Notes under the pieces: generated by a model
What the model was told of the DNA's origin: nothing
The model's input: the letters and a program-made list of their open reading frames with translations, nothing else
Databases searched by the model: none
Part shown: positions 1 to 10,147 of the stretch, piece by piece
Position numbering within the stretch: the first letter of the stretch is position 1
Layout of the letters: the number at the start of each line of letters is the position of its first letter
DNA from: an uncultured Alphaproteobacteria bacterium
GTDB lineage: Bacteria; Pseudomonadota; Alphaproteobacteria; RF32; CAG-239
DNA length: 64,000 nt
NCBI GenBank assembly: GCA_934248075.1
Contig: CAKQKH010000004.1
Location: forward strand, 12,658-76,657
Reading direction: 5' to 3'
Program-made: the position numbers and the translations under genes

Positions 1-900
1 CACTTCTTTACCCTGTTTATAAGCCTCATAAACCGAAAGAAATCTGTCAGCCTCGCCTTGAGCTTTGTTTATGGTTGCCTGCTTATAAGCCTCGGCGTTT
101 TGCAGGCGCTGCGTGGCCTCACCGCGGGATTTTGGCAAAATCTCATTACGATAAGCCTCCGCCTCGTTCTTAAAACGCTCCATATCGGCTTTAGCGCGCT
201 GCACTTCATTAAAAGCATCGACCACTTGTTTGGGCGGGTCGGCTTTTTGCAGTTTCACGCGCACAATATGAATACCCGAACCGAACTCGTTCAGCACTTT
301 TTGCAGTTCTTCTTTGGTTTCATCTTCAACCTTGCCGCGGTCGCCGGAAATAATCGGCATCATTTGCGATTGTCCGACAATCTCGCGCAACACTGATTGC
401 GCCGCCACTCTAACGGTCTGATCCGGACTCTGCATATTAAAGAGATAATCTTTGGCATCGGCAATCCGCCATACAATCGTCAAGTTAATATCGACAATAT
501 TTTCATCTCCGGTCAGCATATGACTTTCGGTAAAGTCGTTGCGGTTGGTTGGCTCCACCACGCCCAAATTGATACTGCGTTCCTGAGTGATATTCACTTT
601 TCTCACCATTTCAATCGGGTAGGGCAGATGATAATGCAGCCCCGGATCGGTAGTTTCGGTATAAGCGCCAAACCGCAAAACCACGCCTTGCTCATTGGGC
701 TGAACCTGATAAAAGCCTGATGCCAGCCACAGCAGAACTATTCCCAACACTATCCACTCCCAGCGCAACATCAAATCACCGGTCGGCATTTTTTGGGGAG
801 TAAATTTGCGAACTTTCGGGTTAACGGACGATGTTTCGTTGTCTTTCCACGGATTATCGTCATTGTCGTTATCTTCCCACGGATTTGGAATTTTTGCCAT
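1..900 (-). CDS. hflK: HflK-type SPFH/band-7 protease modulator, C-terminal part cut by window start
   Basis: Not in the ORF track because it runs off the window; I translated it by hand from the ATG at 900. Product reads MAKIPNPWEDNDND...TM helix...VQPNEQGVVLRFG...MLTGDENIVDINLTIVWRI...EVQRAKADMERFKNEAEAYRNEI, the typical HflK order. The plus-strand ORFs at 58-720 are its antisense shadow. Confidence 0.85.
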   Translation of the reverse strand, partial: MAKIPNPWEDNDNDDNPWKDNETSSVNPKVRKFTPQKMPTGDLMLRWEWIVLGIVLLWLASGFYQVQPNEQGVVLRFGAYTETTDPGLHYHLPYPIEMVRKVNITQERSINLGVVEPTNRNDFTESHMLTGDENIVDINLTIVWRIADAKDYLFNMQSPDQTVRVAAQSVLREIVGQSQMMPIISGDRGKVEDETKEELQKVLNEFGSGIHIVRVKLQKADPPKQVVDAFNEVQRAKADMERFKNEAEAYRNEILPKSRGEATQRLQNAEAYKQATINKAQGEADRFLSVYEAYKQGKEV

Positions 901-992
901 AAAATTTTCCTTTTCTTTTTTAGTTGCCATAGCTGAATATATAATATAAATATAGCAATAAAACAATAATCGATAATATATATCAACAGGAC

Positions 993-1997
993 ATGCGCGT
1001 CATGGAAACAAAAATCAGAACCATTGTTGAAAAATACTACACCCCCGCTGAAATTGAAAATATCGGCATATTTGGCGATCGGGTAATTGTAACTTTGCAC
1101 AACACCATTGAGAACCAAGATAAAAATAATCAACTTTCTAAAGAGCTGAAGCAGCTGGACGGCGTCAGCAAAGCCCTGATTGTCTGCACTGCTGACAAAA
1201 AGCCTCAACCGCTTAATGAGGCTCCGGCCAAATGGGTGGTCAGAGGTGTCAAAAAGATTATTGCCGTGGCTTCCGGCAAAGGCGGCGTCGGCAAATCCAC
1301 CACTGCGGTGAACCTAGCCATGGCTTTGGCGGCTCAGGGGCAAAAAGTCGCTTTGTTTGACGCTGATATCTATGGACCGTCAATTCCCACCATGCTTGGT
1401 TATGAGGGCGCCGCTCCCATATCATATGACGGCAAAACTTTTGAGGCTTTTGAGTTCCAAAATATCAAATCCATGTCTATTGGCACGCTGATAGACCGCA
1501 ACACACCGCTGATTTGGCGCGGTTCCAAGGCTTGCGGCGCCATAGAGCAGCTTTTGACAGAGGTCAACTGGGGCGAGATAGACGTTATGGTGATTGATAT
1601 GCCGCCCGGCACCGGCGATATTCAGATTACCTTGTCGCAAAAATTGGATTTTGCCGGTGCGGTGATTGTTTCCACTCCGCAAGACATAGCTCTTATCGAC
1701 GCGATTAAAGGGGTGAATATGTTCAAGCGCGTAGATGTTCCGATTCTGGGCATTGTTGAAAATATGAGCTATTATATCTGCCCGCATTGTGGTTCGCGTG
1801 ATGATATTTTCGGCCACGCCGGTGCACAGGAAACCGCGGCCGAACTAGGGGTGCCGTTTTTAGGCGAGATTCCGCTGCACATGGATATCCGCGCTCATGC
1901 CGACGCCGGTTCGCCGATAGTTGTTGCCGAGCCAAATAGTCCTTATGCCAAAGCATATGCGGATATTGCCGCGCAAATCATCAAAGCTCTGGCCTAG
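993..1997 (+). CDS. apbC: Mrp/ApbC/NBP35-family Fe-S cluster carrier ATPase
   Basis: Deviant Walker A SGKGGVGKST, a CPHCG motif and family-typical length. The start could be 993 or 1002. Confidence 0.9.
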   Translation: MRVMETKIRTIVEKYYTPAEIENIGIFGDRVIVTLHNTIENQDKNNQLSKELKQLDGVSKALIVCTADKKPQPLNEAPAKWVVRGVKKIIAVASGKGGVGKSTTAVNLAMALAAQGQKVALFDADIYGPSIPTMLGYEGAAPISYDGKTFEAFEFQNIKSMSIGTLIDRNTPLIWRGSKACGAIEQLLTEVNWGEIDVMVIDMPPGTGDIQITLSQKLDFAGAVIVSTPQDIALIDAIKGVNMFKRVDVPILGIVENMSYYICPHCGSRDDIFGHAGAQETAAELGVPFLGEIPLHMDIRAHADAGSPIVVAEPNSPYAKAYADIAAQIIKALA

Positions 1998-3364
1998 CTA
2001 CGCTGCCGTTTTTTTAACAAATCGGTAATCATTGCGGTCAAATCGTCAATTTTAATCGCCAGTCTCGGCGATGGTGATGATTTTTGCGCTTGTTTTAATT
2101 GCTCCAGCGCAATTTCCGGCGCGCCGATTCTCAAAGAATATTCCGCGGCGGCATAATTGGCGGCGGCAATATCGCCTTGCAATCCATAGGCGCGGGAGAG
2201 CAGCAGCCAGGCAAATCCGGAATCATGTTTAATCACGGCTTGGTTCAACATATCAATCGCTTGCCGCGTTTCCTGCCGGTTCGGGTTATCTTCCAAAATT
2301 GCCTGAGCGTAGCTTATTTGCAACAAAGGCGAGTTTGGCCGCAGTTTCAGTGCGGTGGCGTATTCCTTTTTGGCCGGCGCTATTTTTCCGGTCTCCAGAT
2401 ACATTTGCCCTTTCAGTTCATGAAAATATGGATTATCAGGCTCTTTTGCCAGCAGCCTATCCAGCTCCTTGTTGGCTTTTGCCGGTTGCAGTTGCTTAAA
2501 ATAAGCAATTGTTCGGGCATAATGGGCGGCAATGCTGTCATCTTGAGCCGGATAACGGCGCAATGTTTGAGCCGGCGGCATCAGATAGGCATAAATTTTC
2601 GCTTTAATTCTTTCAAATTGTGGTTGCAAATCGGTATTTGGCGTCGTATCGGATTTTTTGACGGCCTCTTCAAAAAAGGCAATCCGCTCCTGAGTTATCG
2701 GGTGAGTGCGGAAATATGGCATTTCTTCCATACCCTGCAGCCGGTATTGGGCGGCAATCCGCTTCATAAACGTCAGCATGCCGTTCGGAGTTTGTCCGGT
2801 CTTGCTCAGCAACGAAATTGCCGCCTCGTCGGCCGAGCGTTCTTCTTCGGTGCGATAACGGGTAAAATTGGTCAAAATAGAGCTTTGACTGCCCAGCATG
2901 GCCGCCATCGCCACATCGCTGCGACCGCTGGCTACTGCCGCCGCGCCGGCCAAAATCGCTGATGCCAGCGATACTTCTTGCAAAGATTGACTTTTGAGTT
3001 TTTGCCGCAGAATATGTCCGCCCTGAATATGTCCGGTTTCATGCGCCAGCACTCCGGCCAGTTCCTCGGGGCTGTCGGCGCTGATAATCGTTCCCGTATG
3101 CACAAACAACCGATTGCCGTCCGCCACAAAAGCATTGAGGCTGTTATCCTCCACAATATATATATCATTGCGGTTAAAGGCGACTCCGGCGGCCTGAAAC
3201 AATGGTTTAATAATTTGCGCCAAAAAATCTTCGGTTTCGTCATCGCTGATAAGCCGAATTTCTTGCGCCATGGCGGCAGACGCAAACAAACTGGCGAGCA
3301 GCACCAAACCGCTCGCCAGTAAGCGACAATTAAATTTTATCCTTTGATAAGTTTTTTCCACCAT
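1994..3364 (-). CDS. Periplasmic M48 zinc metalloprotease with C-terminal TPR repeats (BepA/YfgC-like)
   Basis: Signal peptide, HETGHIQGGH (HExxH) motif and a TPR-like C-terminal half. Confidence 0.85.
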   Translation of the reverse strand: MVEKTYQRIKFNCRLLASGLVLLASLFASAAMAQEIRLISDDETEDFLAQIIKPLFQAAGVAFNRNDIYIVEDNSLNAFVADGNRLFVHTGTIISADSPEELAGVLAHETGHIQGGHILRQKLKSQSLQEVSLASAILAGAAAVASGRSDVAMAAMLGSQSSILTNFTRYRTEEERSADEAAISLLSKTGQTPNGMLTFMKRIAAQYRLQGMEEMPYFRTHPITQERIAFFEEAVKKSDTTPNTDLQPQFERIKAKIYAYLMPPAQTLRRYPAQDDSIAAHYARTIAYFKQLQPAKANKELDRLLAKEPDNPYFHELKGQMYLETGKIAPAKKEYATALKLRPNSPLLQISYAQAILEDNPNRQETRQAIDMLNQAVIKHDSGFAWLLLSRAYGLQGDIAAANYAAAEYSLRIGAPEIALEQLKQAQKSSPSPRLAIKIDDLTAMITDLLKKRQRS

Positions 3365-5796
3365 GTTGATTTTTCCTTTACCGGTTCGGCCTTGGGAGCC
3401 TCAGGGGTAGAAGTAATATCTTCATGGCTGTTATACAAGATAACCGCCTCTTGTCTTTCCTTAACCACCGGTTGGCTTTGCTCGCCGTTTTCAAAACGGT
3501 TGCGGCCGCGGCGGCGGTCAAATCTATTGCGGCCGTGGCGGCGATCTCTCAGACCGCGGCGGCGCTCATAACGATTTTCCTCGCTGTTTTCCGGAGCTTG
3601 ATTTTCCATAACCGCGGTCTCATTGGTTTCTTGCGGTGCCGGTTCTTCAATTTCCGGTTTTACCGGTTCCGGTTCTGGCTTAGATATCGGCGCTGTTGCC
3701 GGTTGCGGAGCCGCCGGTTTGTCTTCTTTCACTATTTTAGTGCGCTCAATCCGATAATCCGCAATACATTTGATTGAATCATCGGCGCTCACCACCACTT
3801 CCATCTTATATTTTCGCTCAAGTTCCACCAACATCTGGCGTTTTTGGTTCAAAATATAAATTGCGATGTCGGTCGGAATAAAGACATTGATCTTAGAAGA
3901 ACGATTCTTAATTCCCTCTTCTTCAATTCCGCGCAAGACATAAACCGCGCTGGATTCGGTGGTGCGGACAATCCCTTTGCCCTGACAGTGCGGGCAAATC
4001 TGATAATTGCTCTCCCAGAAGGAAGAATGCATACGCTGGCGGGAGAGTTCCAACAAACCAAACATACTCATCTTGCCCACCTGAATTCTGGAGCGGTCTT
4101 TTTTCAGAGCTTCTTTCATACGCTTTTCAACCGCGTGGTTGTTGGCCGGTTCTTCCATATCAATAAAGTCGATAACCACCAAACCAGCCAAATTGCGCAT
4201 ACGGAGCTGGCGGGCGATTTCATCACAGGCTTCCAGATTGGTTTTGAGCGCGGTCTCCTCCAAATCTTTCTCTTTGGTGGCGCGTCCTGAGTTTACGTCA
4301 ATAGAAACCAAAGCCTCGGTCGGGTTAATCACCAGATAACCGCCGGATTCCAGCTGAGCGTTGGTGTCATGTAGCTTATCCAGCTGTCCCTCCACCTGAA
4401 AACGCTGAAACAGCGGCATATCGCTGTTGCGATAGTTCTTAATTTTTTTCAGATTATGCGGTGACAAGATTCTAAAGAAATCTTTCGCCAGTTTATAGGC
4501 GTCTTCGCCGGCGACGATAATTTCCGCGGTATCTTTGCTGTATATATCGCGCAAAGCTCGTTTAATCAGGTTGCCTTCTTCATGAATCAGCGCCGGAGCT
4601 TTGGTTCGAACTGAATCCAAGCGAATTTGATTCCAGGTGCGGATAAGGTAATTATAGTCGCGGACAATATCGGTTTTGGTTTTTTCTTCGCCGGCAGTGC
4701 GAACAATTATTGACATATCTGCAGTCAACGGCAATTCCCGAACAATTCCTTTCAGACGATTACGGTCTGCCGCGTTGGTGATTTTGCGAGAAACACCGCC
4801 GCTCTTAATCCGGTTAGGCATAAGCACGCAATAGCGTCCGGCCAAAGACAAATAAGTGGTCAGAGCCGCGCCTTTATTGCCGCGTTCTTCCTTAACCACT
4901 TGCACCAAAACAATTTGCCCTTCTTTAATAACATCTTGAATTTTGTGGCGATGAAACAATTTGCGCGCCTTAATCAGTTTGCGCTGCAACTCAAAATCCA
5001 GCTCGGCCTCATCATCGTCGTCAACTTCAATATCGTCATCAACCAAATCACTGGTCTTATTTTCTTCGGTATCCTCAATCGCCGCGGGTTCCTCGCTGAT
5101 GGTCGGCTCATCGCAACCGCATTCTTCCGCCAACACTTTGAGGGTCTCTTCGGCTTCTTTTTTAGCTTCGGCTTGTTTGCGAATACGCTTTTTCAACAGC
5201 CGTTTTTTCTGCGGGTGTTTTTTATCATTTTCCTCAGCGACAGGCTCAGTGACAGCCTCAGCCTGAGGCTCAGCTTCCGCCTCGGCCGGTTGTTCAATTT
5301 CGGCCGCCGGCTGTGCAACAGGATCTTTTGTCTCCGGTGTCGCTGCTTCCGGTTGAGCCGTTTCTTGAGCTTCGGCCTCTTTGGCGGCGGCTTCGGCTGC
5401 CAAACGCGCTTTTTCTGCCTCGCGAGCCTCGCGGGCGGCCGCTTTTTCCTGACGTATGCGCTCTCTTTCAGCCTCGCGCTCTCTGATCGCTTGTTTTTTG
5501 TTTTCGATTATCTCGTCAACTTCTTGATCAAGCGCTTCCAATTCCTCAGCCGCAATATTGTAATAATCCGGATGAATCTCGCCAAAAGCCATAAATCCGT
5601 GGCGATTTCCGCCATAATCCACAAAACAAGCCTGCAATGACGGTTCCACCCGCATTACTTTGCCCAAATAGATATTGCCTTTAATTTGCCGACGGTGAGT
5701 GGTTTCGAACTCCACATCTTCCAGCTTGTTGCCGTCAACCACCACAACTCGGGTTTCTTCCGGTTGAGTGGCGTCAATTAACATTCTTTTTGTCAT
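3337..5796 (-). CDS. rne: Ribonuclease E
   Basis: MTKRMLIDATQPEETRV..., S1 motif EERGNKGAALTT, CPHCQGKG zinc link and an Arg-rich C-terminus. The start is trimmed from the ORF-track 5838 to the conserved MTKRML at 5796. Confidence 0.9.
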   Translation of the reverse strand: MTKRMLIDATQPEETRVVVVDGNKLEDVEFETTHRRQIKGNIYLGKVMRVEPSLQACFVDYGGNRHGFMAFGEIHPDYYNIAAEELEALDQEVDEIIENKKQAIREREAERERIRQEKAAAREAREAEKARLAAEAAAKEAEAQETAQPEAATPETKDPVAQPAAEIEQPAEAEAEPQAEAVTEPVAEENDKKHPQKKRLLKKRIRKQAEAKKEAEETLKVLAEECGCDEPTISEEPAAIEDTEENKTSDLVDDDIEVDDDDEAELDFELQRKLIKARKLFHRHKIQDVIKEGQIVLVQVVKEERGNKGAALTTYLSLAGRYCVLMPNRIKSGGVSRKITNAADRNRLKGIVRELPLTADMSIIVRTAGEEKTKTDIVRDYNYLIRTWNQIRLDSVRTKAPALIHEEGNLIKRALRDIYSKDTAEIIVAGEDAYKLAKDFFRILSPHNLKKIKNYRNSDMPLFQRFQVEGQLDKLHDTNAQLESGGYLVINPTEALVSIDVNSGRATKEKDLEETALKTNLEACDEIARQLRMRNLAGLVVIDFIDMEEPANNHAVEKRMKEALKKDRSRIQVGKMSMFGLLELSRQRMHSSFWESNYQICPHCQGKGIVRTTESSAVYVLRGIEEEGIKNRSSKINVFIPTDIAIYILNQKRQMLVELERKYKMEVVVSADDSIKCIADYRIERTKIVKEDKPAAPQPATAPISKPEPEPVKPEIEEPAPQETNETAVMENQAPENSEENRYERRRGLRDRRHGRNRFDRRRGRNRFENGEQSQPVVKERQEAVILYNSHEDITSTPEAPKAEPVKEKSTWWKKLIKG

Positions 5797-6290
5797 CAAT
5801 AATTCTCCACGCTGGCTCTGCCCATGCGGGCAGAACACAAATATTTCACCAGGCCGGAGGGATTTTTAAAGAAAAACACAACTACTCCGGATTCTTATCC
5901 GGAATAACCATCTGCAATGTCAAAACCAACAATAGTTTCAATTTACCAATCTCTTTAATGACGCAAAGCTTTGATTCTTATTGTTAATTAATTTGCTTCA
6001 CGCCGAAAACCCGTCCAGCAAAATTGCTTGTCTATCTTTATCGGAACAGCCGACCTATCCTAATGATGAGGTGGCGATACCAGATTTTGCCCTTGTAATT
6101 TTGCCATGTTTCACATAAAAAGGACGCATCCGATACATCAGATTCCCATAAATCTCATATAGAATATACGTTTTGTTTTAAAACACAACAATAAAATCGC
6201 GCTAACGCATATTTTGTATGTTTTTAAGATATTGGTAAGAACTCTGCGTTATAATCAAACCTAATTTTGAAAGTGAATTAATCTGAGCCG

Positions 6291-7529
6291 ATGATGCGAA
6301 TATTACACAAAATGCTGATATTTCTGGGGTTGCCGTTGTTGGCGGCGGCTGGGCTTTGCCTTGCGGCGCCAAACGCGTCTGCCGCGCAAATTTCCAGTGT
6401 GCGCGTGGGGCAGGGCGTGGGCAATGTCCGCATTGTAATGGACGCCGATTCGCAATTTGATTACAAGGTTTTTTTGCTCAACGAACCCCGCCGTTTGGTG
6501 GTTGATACCAAAAATATCGATGTCAGCCCCAAGATTGAAAAAGCCATAGATGCCAACGGTTTTGTTGCGGCCACTCGTTTGGGTGCCGCCGGAGTTGGCG
6601 GTGTGCGCATTGTGTTTGATCTGCTCAAGCCGGTAACTGTCAAAAAAGTGTTTATGCTTCCGCCGCAGAGCAAGTTCAGCTGGCGTTTTGTGGTTGATTT
6701 GGAGTTGTCCACCGAGCGTGAATTTGCCAAACATGTCGGCAATGATCATGCTGTCAGTACCGATGCATATGAGCAGGGAACTCCGTCAATAAAAATGGCT
6801 TCCGGCAAAGCCTCAGCTCCGGTCAAACGTTCACACAAAAAGATAATTGTGCTTGACCCCGGTCATGGCGGGGTTGACCCTGGAGCCATCGGAGTTTCGG
6901 GCGTGTATGAAAAAAACATCACTTTGGCCATGGCGCGTGAGCTGAAAGCCGAGCTGGACAAGAGCGGCAAATATACCGTTTACCTCACTCGCAACCGTGA
7001 TGTTTTTATTCCCTTGCGAGATCGGGTCAAAATCTCTCGCCGTCATGATGCCGATTTGTTTTTATCTATTCATGCTGACAGCGCCGCCAACAAAAGAGCC
7101 ACTGGCTTGTCGGTTTACACTTTGTCTGAAAAAGCCTCAGACAAAGAGGCCGCCGCATTGGCTGAAAAAGAAAACAAAGCTGACATTGTCGCCGGCCTGA
7201 ATTTTGCCGAACACTCCAAAGAGGTTTCCGATGTGTTGTTGAATTTGGCTCAGCGCGAGACGCTTAACCGTTCTTCCGAGTTTGCCACTTTTATGGTGCA
7301 GGAGATGCGCAAGTCCACCCATACTCTCGACAACACACACCGTTTTGCCGGTTTTGCCGTGCTGAAAGCGCCTGATGTTCCCTCGGTTCTGATGGAGCTT
7401 GGCTATCTTTCCAACCGCACTGAAGAGAAGTTGCTACAACAAAAATCTTATCGCAAAAAATTGGCTGCTTCAGCGGTCAGAGCTATTGATAGATATTTTG
7501 ACAACATGCAGCACGCATCTGTCTTTTAG
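6291..7529 (+). CDS. N-acetylmuramoyl-L-alanine amidase (AMIN domain + Amidase_3)
   Basis: Signal peptide, an AMIN-like N-terminus (VRIVMDADS...RLVVD), then IVLDPGHGGVDPGA...SIHADS...ELGYLSN. Confidence 0.9.
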   Translation: MMRILHKMLIFLGLPLLAAAGLCLAAPNASAAQISSVRVGQGVGNVRIVMDADSQFDYKVFLLNEPRRLVVDTKNIDVSPKIEKAIDANGFVAATRLGAAGVGGVRIVFDLLKPVTVKKVFMLPPQSKFSWRFVVDLELSTEREFAKHVGNDHAVSTDAYEQGTPSIKMASGKASAPVKRSHKKIIVLDPGHGGVDPGAIGVSGVYEKNITLAMARELKAELDKSGKYTVYLTRNRDVFIPLRDRVKISRRHDADLFLSIHADSAANKRATGLSVYTLSEKASDKEAAALAEKENKADIVAGLNFAEHSKEVSDVLLNLAQRETLNRSSEFATFMVQEMRKSTHTLDNTHRFAGFAVLKAPDVPSVLMELGYLSNRTEEKLLQQKSYRKKLAASAVRAIDRYFDNMQHASVF

Positions 7530-7606
7530 TATTTGACAGCAAAAATTTTTTTAGCTATATATCAGCACAAACAAGTTGTTTTATCATAAATTTTGTCGGG
7601 TCTGCC

Positions 7607-10069
7607 ATGTTCAAAACTTTGTCCTCGCTGTTGAGCACATTTTTCTTTTTTGCCGTAATTTTTCTGGTTGTGATCATCACTTCGGTGTGGCAGATGTCGC
7701 AAGAACTTCCGGACTATTTGCAACTTGCCGAATATGAACCGGCGGTCACCACCAGATTATACGCCGGCGACGGTCAGCTGATGATGGAATACGCCTCGGA
7801 AAAAAGGTTATTCGTGCCGGAAGAAAAAATTCCCGCTTTGGTCAAAAACGCCTTTATTTCCGCTGAAGACAAAAACTTTTACAGCCATTTTGGCGTTGAT
7901 CCTCTGGGCATTGCCCGCGCGGTGTTTGACAACCTCAAAAATATTGGCCGCGGTCGTCGTCCGGCTGGCGCTTCCACCATCACTCAGCAAGTGGCCAAAA
8001 ACTTTTTGTTGTCTTCCGAGGTTTCCTACAAGCGCAAAATCAAAGAAGCCCTGTTGGCCACTCGCATGGAGCAAGCCTTTACCAAACAGCATATTTTGGA
8101 GCTTTATCTCAATGAAATTTATTTGGGCAATCGCTCTTATGGCGTTGCCGCCGCAGCACTTAATTATTTTGGTAAATCGCTTGATGACTTGAGCATAGAA
8201 GAGGCCGCGTTTTTGGCCGCTTTGCCCAAAGGCCCCAACAACTACAATCCCAAAACCAAATACGCCGCCGCGGTTGCCCGCCGCAATTGGGTGATTGATC
8301 GTATGGTTGATGACGGCTATGTCAAGGCCGATGATGCCGAGGCCGCCAAAGCCAAACCGCTGGAGGTTATTGCCCGCCGCGGAGAGTTTGTGCAAGATGC
8401 CGAATATTTTAGTGAGGAAGTGCGCCGCAAGGTAACCGCCGGTTTTGGCAGTGAGGCGCTCAATGAGGGCGGATTGCTTATCCGCACCACGCTCAACCCC
8501 CGCCTGCAACACATTGCCACCAAGGTTTTTGACGCCGAGCTTCGTAATTATGACCTTCGCCACGGCTGGCGCGGTCCGATTGCCAATATTGCGTTAGATG
8601 ACAACTACCAAGAAGCGTTGCAAAAAATTGAAACTCCGGCCGGCAAAAATGACAACTGGACTTTAGCCGTGGTCAAAAACACTGACAACAACTCCGCCGC
8701 CATTGAGACCAAAGACGGCGACAATGGTGTTATCCCATTTGCTTTGCTGTCCTGGGCGCGTAAAAATCTCAAAAATCAAGCGGTGAGCAATCCGCCCAAG
8801 ACCGTCAAAGACGTCTTGTCCAAAGGTGATGTGATTTTGGTTGAAAAACTTGCGGCCAAGACTGCCGCCGCCAAAAAATTGCCAGATAACAGTTACTATC
8901 TCCGTCAGATTCCCAATGTTGAGGGCGGCTTGGTCGCGCTTGATCCGCATACCGGCAAAATTCTGGCCATGGTGGGCGGCTATTCTTTTCAAAAATCGCA
9001 GTTTAACCGCGCCACTCAGGCACTGCGCCAAACCGGCTCCGCCTTTAAGCCGATTGTTTATTTGGCGGCGTTGGATAACGGTTATTCTCCCACCGATTTG
9101 ATTTTAGACGCGCCGTTTGTGTTGGATCAAGGTCCCGGCCTGCCCAAATGGAAACCGGTAAACTATTCCAAAAAGTTTTATGGCCTGATGACCCTGCGTC
9201 AGGGTATTGAAAAATCGCGCAACCTGATGACCGTGCGTCTGGCTCAGGATGTCGGTATGGACAAGGTGGCTGATTATGCCAAAAAAATGGGTGTCAATGA
9301 CCACCTGCCGCATTTGCTTTCCATGTCTTTGGGCGCCGGCGAAACCAGGCTAATAAACATGGCTTCGGCCTATGGCATAATGGTTAACGGCGGCAAAAAA
9401 GCCGAACCCTATCTGATTGAACGTATTCAGGACCGCGCCGGCAAAACCATTTATCGGCATGATCGCCGCGCTTGCGAAAACTGTCGGGTTGCCAAATGGG
9501 AAAACCAGCCATTGCCGGAGTTGGCGGACAACCGCGAGCAAATCATTGATCCTCTTAGCGCCTATCAAATGGTCAGCATTTTGGAAGGTGTGGCTCAGCA
9601 CGGCACCGGTTCCAAGCTTCGTTCAATCGGCAAGCATTTGGCCGGCAAAACCGGCACCACCAACAAGAATCAGGATTCCTGGTTTGTCGGATTTTCTCCA
9701 GATTTGGTGGTCGCCACCTATGTCGGCTTTGACGAGCCGCGCAGTCTCGGCCGCTATGAGACCGGCGCCGCTCTGGCTTTGCCGATATTCTACAACTTTA
9801 TGAACGAGGCTTTAGCCAACCAGCCGGATATTCCGTTCCGCATTCCCGCCGGCATCAAGTTGGTTCGCGTCAATCATGACACCGGACGTCCGGCTCAACC
9901 CAGCGACAAATCGGTGATTGTCGAGGCGCTTAAGCCTGAGTTTAGCTTTGACAGCAAAAAACAGCGCGTCATCGGTACTCCCGGCGCCGAGGACGAGGCC
10001 TCGTCAGCCGCGTCGCCGGCTTTTGAAAACGATGATACAGATGAAGTTCAGCTCGGCTCGGAATACTAG
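7607..10069 (+). CDS. mrcA: Penicillin-binding protein 1A (bifunctional glycosyltransferase/transpeptidase)
   Basis: GT51 motifs EDKNFYSH and RKIKE, and transpeptidase motifs SAFKP and KTGTT. Confidence 0.9.
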   Translation: MFKTLSSLLSTFFFFAVIFLVVIITSVWQMSQELPDYLQLAEYEPAVTTRLYAGDGQLMMEYASEKRLFVPEEKIPALVKNAFISAEDKNFYSHFGVDPLGIARAVFDNLKNIGRGRRPAGASTITQQVAKNFLLSSEVSYKRKIKEALLATRMEQAFTKQHILELYLNEIYLGNRSYGVAAAALNYFGKSLDDLSIEEAAFLAALPKGPNNYNPKTKYAAAVARRNWVIDRMVDDGYVKADDAEAAKAKPLEVIARRGEFVQDAEYFSEEVRRKVTAGFGSEALNEGGLLIRTTLNPRLQHIATKVFDAELRNYDLRHGWRGPIANIALDDNYQEALQKIETPAGKNDNWTLAVVKNTDNNSAAIETKDGDNGVIPFALLSWARKNLKNQAVSNPPKTVKDVLSKGDVILVEKLAAKTAAAKKLPDNSYYLRQIPNVEGGLVALDPHTGKILAMVGGYSFQKSQFNRATQALRQTGSAFKPIVYLAALDNGYSPTDLILDAPFVLDQGPGLPKWKPVNYSKKFYGLMTLRQGIEKSRNLMTVRLAQDVGMDKVADYAKKMGVNDHLPHLLSMSLGAGETRLINMASAYGIMVNGGKKAEPYLIERIQDRAGKTIYRHDRRACENCRVAKWENQPLPELADNREQIIDPLSAYQMVSILEGVAQHGTGSKLRSIGKHLAGKTGTTNKNQDSWFVGFSPDLVVATYVGFDEPRSLGRYETGAALALPIFYNFMNEALANQPDIPFRIPAGIKLVRVNHDTGRPAQPSDKSVIVEALKPEFSFDSKKQRVIGTPGAEDEASSAASPAFENDDTDEVQLGSEY

Positions 10070-10147
10070 CGGTATGAATTATAGAAACTGCTTGCTTTTA
10101 AAAGCCTGAGCGTATAACTTAAACTTGTTTGTTTTTAGGAAAATAAT

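Noticed and set aside
58-720. Two plus-strand ORFs (112 and 107 aa) at the window start.
   Set aside because: They are antisense to a clearly recognisable hflK reading frame and their sequences are low-information.
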